Below are positions 53,807 to 64,000 of a DNA stretch of 64,000 nucleotides, piece by piece (position 1 is the first letter of the stretch; each line of letters begins with the position of its first letter). The position numbers were made by a program, and so were the translations under genes. The notes under the pieces were generated by a model. It was not told where the DNA came from and searched no databases. It saw only the letters and a list, made by a program, of their open reading frames with translations. This stretch comes from Octopus vulgaris (lineage: Eukaryota): NCBI GenBank assembly GCA_951406725.2, contig OX597814.1, positions 73,780,001-73,844,000 on the forward strand, given 5' to 3'.

Positions 53807-55837
53807 ATATTTTGTTGAGAATTTGAAAAATAGATTCCATAATATATTCCATTTTATAAATTTCAGCACCATGTTGCTCCAGAAGCAAACTTACAGAGTA
53901 TTTGCACCAATTTTTTTATTCTAAGTTTGATGATAACTTTAGAACTGCAATAATAATTATTAGTTGAAGCCTTTTAGAAAATGTTTAAACTTTCAAAAAA
54001 ATCCCCATTCACAAAAGAACATTATTCTTTAAAAAGTTGCCAATAAATATAAAATATTATATTATACATTTCCTTTAGTAAATATTTCCTTTTGATACAT
54101 ATTTATTTCTTTTCTGTTTGTCGTATCACTGTTTTCCTATCTTTGAAATGTTTCAATTAAAGTAATGGTTATGTTTAACATTAATGATACATATTACATT
54201 ATTAATGTCGGTACATCTAAAATCAGAATGAACCCAACACATTAAATTTTCCGTTGATCACAACAAAAATTATTTGTATTTCTCCCTTCAATTATTCATT
54301 CAATTTGTTAAACACTCCTAATCTGTTAATTAAATTTTTGTTTTCATTATTACGAGTAAGTTGTGAAGCAAATTTTAAAACAAATAGGTCCTTGGTATCT
54401 GAAACAAACTGAAAAACTAACTTGCGTGAACTACTCACATATATATGATTAGGTAACGGAATTATATTAATTGAAATAAGTTCAAAACTCTTGAATCTAC
54501 ATTACTCTACAGGTGTTCAAAATTTTTTTGAAATACACCTAAGTAATGTAGTTAATTTAAATGTATTAGCTTCTAAACGAGGATACGTGTACAAATATCA
54601 AATGAACGTTGAAGATTTTAGCAACCAAACGAACAACGTACATCAAAAGATAGATTCTTTAAGCTGAGTATGCAATGCAATCTAGTCCTAAATTCTTTCC
54701 GATATTATTTTATTTTATTTATGTTGTCAATCTTTCATAAATGCAAATTCATCTCTCCCTCCCCCTCTCTCTCTCCCTATTCTGTCTCCCTCTTTCTTTC
54801 TTTCTCATAGACTCTCTTTTAAATGCGTAGTATTGTGCATAAGAAAGTGATTTACACACTTTCCTCATGCACTACACCCATCTCTCATTTCTTTCTTGAT
54901 TTTGAACATGATAAATCACTTGAATAAATATGCTTGATCTTGGGAGATCGTTAACCCTGATAGATCACTTGAACATAGTTTTATCATCAACAAGCTACGT
55001 ATTGTAGAGATTGGTTCTATTTTCGGTCTATATTTTAGCTGATTTTAGACCTTGCTAAAACGCATAATCTATAAGCGTGAGCAGAAATATGACTCTAAGT
55101 GAAATATGGGGAAAATATATTATCAACAGCAAAATAGACATCAAGTAAAACGAGACTGTGTTATAAAAGAAATCCATTAAAATTAGTTACATTCGCAATA
55201 AAAATTATGAGTTAAGAAAAGTAAAGTAAAATTTGTACTCTTCACTTTTTCTCTGCTGCAATGAATGCACTTGCTTTATCGAAATATAAAGAAATACGGG
55301 ACGAGTATTGTCACCGAAAGATTATTTCCCCTGATATTTTCCGTTAAACACTGGAGAACATAAACAATACACACACTGGATTTAAAATAATATTTTGACT
55401 TCAATGGCTGACCCGGACCCTTCGCATACGATATAAAAATTAACGATTTCTAAACAAATTTCAAGAGAAAATAAAAATAAAAACAGATATGAAAAACTGT
55501 CTTGAGTAGTGTACTCCAAGTTTTCTGTCTGGCGTCTAGCTGTCTTTAAATAATATATAAATAACAGGCACCGTTAAGCTGTTAAATATTTAATGTTTCA
55601 ACCATGAATAGAAACATGCTATTGGCTGGTTTTGCATAAAAGCATCTTTCTTGGCGAAAAAGTTATATTTATATATATTTGTAAAATCTGCACATAGAGC
55701 AATGAACTTGGTGTTCATAAACAAATGATTACAATCTCTATCTCTCTCTTTTTATATATGTGTGTGTGCGCGCGCATGGGGGCGTGGGTTCACCTGTACC
55801 GGTATGTATAGATAAAGTTACACACCCATACTTATTC

Positions 55838-55868
<31 letters not shown>

Positions 55869-55880
55869 CATATACATATA

Positions 55881-56236
55881 GGCGCAGGAGTGGCTGCGTG
55901 GTAAGTAGCAAGCTTCCCAACCACATGATTCCGGGTTCAGTCCCACTGCGTGGCACCTTGGGCAAGTGTCTTCTACTATAGCCTCAGGCCGACCAAAGCC
56001 TTGAAAGTGGATTTGGTAGACGGAAATGTATGTATGTATGTGTGTGTATTTGTGTCTGTCCACCAAACATCGCTTGACAACCGATGCTGGTGTGTGTGCG
56101 TCCCCTTAACTTAGCGGTTCGGCAAAACAGACCGATAGAATAAGTACTAGGCTTACAAAGAATAAGTCCTGGGATCGACTTGCTCGACTAAAGGCGGTGC
56201 TCCAGCATGACCGCAGTCAAATGACTGAAACAAGTA

Positions 56237-56237
<1 letters not shown>
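55881..56237 (+). mobile_element. SINE family A, nearly full length, low divergence
   Basis: Colinear with 932-1351. Confidence 0.9.
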
Positions 56238-56276
<39 letters not shown>

Positions 56277-56286
56277 TATATATATA

Positions 56287-56329
<43 letters not shown>

Positions 56330-56499
56330 TACATATATATACACATACATATACATAGATATATATATGTGTGTGTGAGTGTGTGTGCGGGCGCGCGCGC
56401 GCGTTTTCTTAGCGAATTTATTTTGGAACAACAGATGATTTACTTCATCGATACTAAGAGTTTCTCTCTAAATTCAGGTAACAGCGATATATATGTGTG

Positions 56500-56530
<31 letters not shown>

Positions 56531-56536
56531 ATACAC

Positions 56537-56610
<74 letters not shown>

Positions 56611-57046
56611 ACATCCACATGCATAGAGTGTACACTAAAATATAAGACGTAAAGAGGAGAGAGAAAGAAGAAAAGAAACAAAGTAAAGTAAGAAAAGAAA
56701 AGGGAAAAGGAAGGAAGAATGTTTACATTGATTTGTATTTACTAAATTCGTGACTATGAGATGCTAATTACAAAACTGAGTGCATCAGCTTTCTGTATTA
56801 TGAGAGGATCTTTGTGTATGAACCAGATAAGACATACTCCTTAACTTGAAATATCGGTGAAGGACCATGGCCAAAATAGTGATTCTAGTCTTCGTACATA
56901 AGTGAACTAAATATCGCGAAAGTAATGAATAGCTATTTTATCAAATTTCTAATCTGATAAATATCGTAAAATGTAGTTTAGTGCAGTATACTCATAATAT
57001 TTATATGTAAGTTGCATGGCTGTTCCTCTGCAGCTCATCCCTTTCA

Positions 57047-57128
<82 letters not shown>

Positions 57129-57164
57129 CACATGCACACGCATACGCACACATATATATATATA

Positions 57165-57196
<32 letters not shown>

Positions 57197-57814
57197 ACGT
57201 AAAGCCCAATGTACTTTTTAACTTGAATCAAGATTAAAATTAGGGATGTGCATAATATATTGAATCAGACCACAATATCGTTCCACGTATTTCTATGAAA
57301 ATCACGCAATCCTTCAAATAACAACAACAACAATAACACTGATGACCCTCTAATCATAATTTGAAATTGTATACAACACTGAATCCCGTACAAACACAAG
57401 GCAAATATTCATATGTACAGAGGCATCACCACACACGCACACACACACATACGCACACACATAAATATACAAACATATATACACGCACACACACACACAC
57501 ACACACACACTCATACACACTTATGTATATACAGAAAGTAACCTATAAGTATAAACACGCGATGCGGTCGAGTGTTAGAATTTATGGAATAATTCTGAAG
57601 CGTAAAAGTCACGTCATTTAAAGTAGGGCTTTGTTCCGCAGAGAAGAAATTTCGCAGTATATATTTCGCAGTATATAAAGCGTAAAGTTTTGCTTTTTAG
57701 TCATGGCTACTTCATATGAGTACAAAAATGCATATTTTATATATTTATTTAGTGAAATAAATAGATTTTTAATTATTTGTAGCCATTTGGGAAAATATAC
57801 TTCTTTTCACTTTT

Positions 57815-58087
57815 ATCTTTTTTTTCCTCAGTCGAGTTCCAGATTATCTTTGCAATTTCGGCTGGTTATACTCGAGATTGCTCCAATCTGGCCAGCCCCA
57901 AGGAAAAACTAACCTAAGAGCATTAGATTCGTTGGAAGAAAGCAGCGAATGTATACGAAAACAAGGACGGAAAAAAAACGGAGAATGCTACACAGATACA
58001 AATAACAGGACATAACAACAGGTGTCTTTCGACTAATGACGAATCAAATTAAGCTGGCGTGTGTGGAAATAAAGCCTTACGGCAGGG
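57815..58087 (-). mobile_element. Penelope-like terminal fragment
   Basis: Homologous to 2582-2795; class inferred. Confidence 0.5.
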
Positions 58088-58499
58088 ATACGAGATTTCA
58101 CAGGCACAAATCTCTCAGAGAGATTTATACAGTAGCAGCACGATAAAGTAATGGTATGTTGCCAACTTAATGTGGCAGTCCCATGAAAGGGAAGAATAAG
58201 CATCGACAGCTAGCAAGCCACTTTTTTTGTTGTTTTTTGAAGAACTCTAGCTGAATTTTTTGTGCGGAGCCGCCATTGTTAGGCGATAGTGAATAATTGA
58301 GAGAATGAAAGTTTCAGTATGGAAGCAGACTTCGTAAAGGATAGGTCTGTTGTAGGATCAAGGCTGAATGATACCTGGAAGTTCTGAACCAGAATGAGAG
58401 GTGGGACTGATAGTAAAAGTTTTAACTGCTAAATCGAATGAGAAAAGTCAGATAAGTTTTCTATCACAAAAATGGCCTGATTGTGTTGATGAGCTTCCG

Positions 58500-59100
58500 T
58501 CCCCGTAAAGTTGAAAAAACTGTGCTGACAATAAATAGGTAAACGACTGTGATGTCACTGAATGTCACTGAAAGCAACAACGTAATCCAAGATTTTATGC
58601 TTAAATATTACTTTGCGTTGGCAGGAAATGAACTTGACTTGAATGACACAAGATTTATAAATAAAGGAAGTGATGTACTGTATTGTCTGGGAGGAAGAAC
58701 GCTCACTGCGGCACCAGTGCTGATGAGAAATCAGGTTCCTATCTGTTTGGCCACAATATAAAATAGGTGACTCAAATATTTAGCGAGAATAGAGGTTATC
58801 GTTTTAACCAGGAGTAACTGTTTGCCTGTCGGTGTTTTATTTTCTGTATAATACGATGATCTAAATGATGGACACTGATTATTGTCACTGATAATTCCAG
58901 GAGGCAAAGATCTGGCTTAGTTGATGATGTTCCTTGTGGCAAAATGCGTCTTCTTTATGAATTCGGAATTTGTTAGTTCGATCTTCACTCCTAAATGCCG
59001 AAGCTCCTGTACTTGGTCATTAGGGTATCTTTTCACTCTGGGTTTCTTTATTGTGTAACAATACACTCTGCTAGAGCTTCGGCAGTTAGGAATGAAGATC
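58500..59100 (-). mobile_element. Gypsy-type gag/aspartic protease relic
   Basis: 58688-58773 minus translates SHLFYIVAKQIGT*FLISTGAAVSVLPP, matching the LFY...FL(V/I)DTGA.VSVLP protease motif with the catalytic D changed to S. Confidence 0.5.
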
Positions 59101-59857
59101 AAACCGACTAATTTAGTTTGTCATTAAAAACGCAACAGAGATCAACATTAGTTCGCTTTTTATGTTTAAAATTGGATTTGCTTGGTGAATGATTTGCAGC
59201 TTTTCAACAATAAGTCTCAAAATAATGGCACTTTATTTAATATTGTTAACTTGATACTGATACTACAGCATTATGATTTTAAAATATGCTCGGAAATACT
59301 GCTACATTCTCCGAGAATGCTATGACAGAATGAATTGTTGCCTTCGTACATGCGACTTTTTAAGAAACGTTTTGTGAGCTCGGTGACTGAGACAGCATCA
59401 CAGTATGCAATACCATTTAATGGTCGATTCATTGCAGTTTTCATTTGTGAGTAATATTTTTGTATAGTATTTTTTAATGGCACATGTTTTCATGCAACTA
59501 GAGCTCACCTGTGTGTTGCTTTGTTGAACAACTGATGGAATGCAAAGCAATTTGGGAAACATTTTCTCATTAATGATAGCGTATGATTGTGAAAACTAGT
59601 TCTACATCAGTACCGCATTGTGGACTACATTATATACATTTCTCTTTCTAGTATTTTTAGAGATCCATCTTGTAGTTGCTAGTAAGTACTTGATTTTTGA
59701 AGTTGTTTACTTGACAGAATATGGCAGCTTTACATAGTGTCCTTTCTGGCTGGCATTAAATATAGATAGGATAGAAGAGCAATGAATAGTGAACTGGTGA
59801 GGGATATAGTTAACGCTTCAGCGTGAACATGACACAGAGATGCAAGAGAAATACTAA

Positions 59858-60408
59858 TGCAGCCGTGCTGGAATACTGCTTCGGACGGATCGAATCAGTG
59901 CTTTTTGTATGCGTGGTACTTATTCTATGGGTCTCTTATGATGAACCATTAAGTTACGAGGACATAAATCAATCTACACCGGTTGTCAAGCGGTAGTTAG
60001 GGATAAACACACACGCACACACACATATGTATATAAACATATAAATATATGTATATAAATATATATATATACACGCACACACACATATTAATCGAAGTGT
60101 ACAGTATTATATATCCATTACGGCCGCTCTTACCAATCGGTTTCGCACTAGGAGTTCAATAGAGTGTTTGGTAACAGTCCTATTATGTAACCCTGCGCTC
60201 TTCAGAGAAACACGTTATGTAATAAAATATGGCGACTGCTCCATATTGTTGGAGGTGAACAGATACATTTGGTTTGTGGTTGCTGTGAAAATGATAATGG
60301 AGCGAACTGAGCAAAGGTTTGGTTAAGAGTTATGTTCCTTGGTACCAAGCAACATTTTTGAGGGGTGGTTGCTGTAAGTCGGCAAGAGTTTTCTAGAAAA
60401 GTGCGTGC

Positions 60409-60462
<54 letters not shown>

Positions 60463-60691
60463 TTGTGTGTGTGTGTGTGTGTGTACGTGTGTGTGTGTGT
60501 GTACGTGTGTGTGTGTGCGTGTGGTATACGGCGAACTTCTTTCAGTTTCCGTCAACAAAATCCACTCACAAGACTTTGGGCGACCTGGTACTGTAGTAGA
60601 AGACATTTTCCCAAAGTGTCCCGCAATGGGACTGAGCCCGGAATCCTGTTGATGGGGAGCAAACAACTTACTACACAGCTATGGCTGCATG
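59858..60691 (-). mobile_element. SINE family A split by a ~310-bp insert in its internal microsatellite
   Basis: 5' half at 60525-60691, 3' half at 59858-60010, non-SINE sequence at ~60090-60400. Confidence 0.65.
60127..60209 (-). ncRNA. Type I hammerhead ribozyme with complete core and extended stem II
   Basis: UUCU-CUGAAGA-GCGC[46 nt]GUGC-GAAAC-C-GAUU-G-GUA-AGAG; all conserved core nucleotides and three helices can be drawn. Confidence 0.75.
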
Positions 60692-61849
60692 CAAATTTTC
60701 ATCAATTCTAGGCAGGTTATCGTAATTCTTCATTGGAATCAAGAGAGCTCGACAAATCTTTTATGTTTGCATTCCTTCTCCTTCACCCTCCTTTCTTAAT
60801 TAAATACTGGGTATGAACCCTTATCCAGACCAAGCTTTACAACAAAAATAAATGTTCTACTAAGATTCATAATTTTCCATTTTATAACGTATCGTTCCGA
60901 CAGGTCAACATTTCTTCTGATTAAATATTTTCTAATGACAAATTTTATTCAATTAGTCTATTAGTGGCTTGTTTCACAATATCTTCGGTGTGAGGCTTTA
61001 AACGATTTTAACTATTGACTAAACGTTGCGTAATTTGAAGAAATCTCTATAGTATTACTGACTTCTAACATAGGTTTGTGACACTCATTCTTGGTGACTA
61101 TCTTCAAATTTCAGTATATCAGAAACATTCTGTTTCTATATAAGAGAATCTACCCATTATTAAGTGAAGTGCTGAATAGACACTGGTGGCTTTTAAAAAT
61201 TCTTATATCTTTGTTTACTTTTTTGCTCAATACATGACAGTGTTAGTAACAAGTAGTTATTGCTTTACATTGCCGGAGCTGTCAGTCGCTGTAAAAGAAA
61301 TTAATTGAAATAGAAACACTACAGATTGTAAATAGTTAATTTCTATTCAATGCCATTTTATATCGACGTGAAAGAATACCATTCTTTCAGGAAAGAAATT
61401 CGTAGATAATGTCTGTCACTATCATATTATCATCACCTATCTACAGATCTATTCTATGAAGATGCACAGACTGCATTCACAGGTAGTGGGGGTATTGTGT
61501 AATTAATAAGCGATTCTTCAGTCTGTTTCATGTCTTATCGTCCGGATAATGTAAGAGTGTCTATTAATCTTCTAGAAAACCTTGAAAATTAGGGTAAATT
61601 CTTCCGGTAATGTGCTCTTATAAAATGCACAAATATATCAGAATAAAAACAGTGGATTGGATTTCAAGCTGAAGGAATTTAATAACAGCTGTAACAGCAA
61701 TTATTAAATGAACCCAGTAAATAAAAAGACATTGATAAACATAACTAAAATAATTATAACATGAACCTTTTTAAGCAAATAAATATAAAGACTGGTTTCC
61801 ACACAGACATACACACATGAAGAGGAATACATGATTTAAAAAATCTGTC

Positions 61850-63130
<1,281 letters not shown>

Positions 63131-63167
63131 AATGCCTACATATAAAAACTGTTAAAAGCCCGTGATA

Positions 63168-63343
63168 AACGTCTGTTCCGCAAGTTTTCTTCTTGGCATG
63201 TGTATACAAAAGCAGCAAATTAAGGGATACAGCTTCATTATTATAGAAAGCCAATAAAAATCAGATTCAATAATGAAGCTGTATCTCTTAATTTGCAGTT
63301 TTTATATACACATACCAAGAAGAAAATTTGCAGAACAGACGTT
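63168..63343. repeat. Inverted repeat with 75-bp arms and 26-nt spacer (MITE/hairpin)
   Basis: Arms 63168-63242 and 63269-63343 differ at 7 positions. Confidence 0.93.
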
Positions 63344-63366
63344 ATTTTAATGAGATATATCTTATA

Positions 63367-63479
63367 ATCACCTGAAGAGACACATCTACACTGATGCATA
63401 CTTCTAAACAAGTTGTTTAGTATCGCACCCGCGAAGGATCAATGCGAAATGGGTCGAAACATTTGCAGTGATCAATAAA
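63367..63479 (+). ncRNA. Hammerhead ribozyme motif with a 63-nt stem II insertion, cleavage triplet mutated
   Basis: AUCAC-CUGAAGA-GACACAU[63 nt]AUGGGUC-GAAAC-AUUU-GCA-GUGAU followed by AAUAAA. Confidence 0.68.
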
Positions 63480-63518
63480 CATTCCCGTATCTTCCATCTT
63501 CCGTCTCTCTCATTAATC

Positions 63519-63595
<77 letters not shown>

Positions 63596-64000
63596 TTATT
63601 AGTGCAGGGTTATCAATCCCGGCAAAATACTTTATAAACTCTTTGTCAGTACACCAGGCTAACAATGTTGTTTAGATTAGTAGAGACTCCATATATTCTT
63701 CTGGCAAGTCCGAATTTATAGTTCATCACCATTCTCTTTTGTAAATCCATAGTTGTGTTCCAGTAACACTGGTTTTTTTACTCAGTATGACATAGAAGAC
63801 AAGACATAAATAATAGCTATTACATGTTACTTTATTGTAGTAAGTTTGACATACACCTCTTTCCAGTAATCAGTATAAGTTCATTGGCTTACTCAATCTG
63901 TCTATTGTCGGTTGAGAAAAATTGAATGACCTTGAGTATTAAAGCTACAGGCATGAGGAGGAGAGCGAAGAGAGGCAATACGTTTAACTATGAGGGGAGG

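Larger units (their letters stand above)
46761..55057. mobile_element. Putative TIR-bounded DNA element (perfect 38-bp inverted repeats)
   Basis: TAGCAAGGTCTAAAATCAGCTAAAATATAGACCGAAAA at 46761-46798; exact reverse complement at 55020-55057; no transposase seen inside and no clear long TSD. Confidence 0.55.

Noticed and set aside
57339-57372. CUGAUGA...GAAAUUGUA
   Set aside because: No stem II pairing can be drawn.
63645-63732. C/D box-like GUGAUGA...CUGA on the minus strand
   Set aside because: No terminal stem, and the boxes are not conserved in the homologous copy at ~39150-39240.

Overview
Eukaryotic, AT-rich, repeat-saturated DNA with no recognisable host protein-coding gene. The tRNA-headed SINE families and microsatellite load point to a coleoid cephalopod, probably Octopus (inference). 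Main contents: about 11 SINE copies or fragments; a full-length decayed mariner and a mariner-derived MITE; a ~13-kb head-to-tail array of R4/Dong-type RLE LINEs, mostly separated by (TAA)n; decayed Tx1 LINEs; Penelope-like, Gypsy, BEL and MULE relics; and one young, GC-rich CR1-group LINE with an uninterrupted 974-codon APE-RT frame. Main observations for follow-up: (i) several hammerhead-ribozyme motifs with unusually long stem II, one with a complete catalytic core (60127-60209, minus); (ii) a perfect 38-bp inverted-repeat pair bounding 8.3 kb of mixed cargo (46761-55057); (iii) a loopless 112-bp palindrome; (iv) a CR1 ORF2 with no AUG before the endonuclease domain and a GUGA start/stop overlap with ORF1. 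Most ORF-track entries are microsatellite artefacts. Boundaries of decayed elements are approximate.
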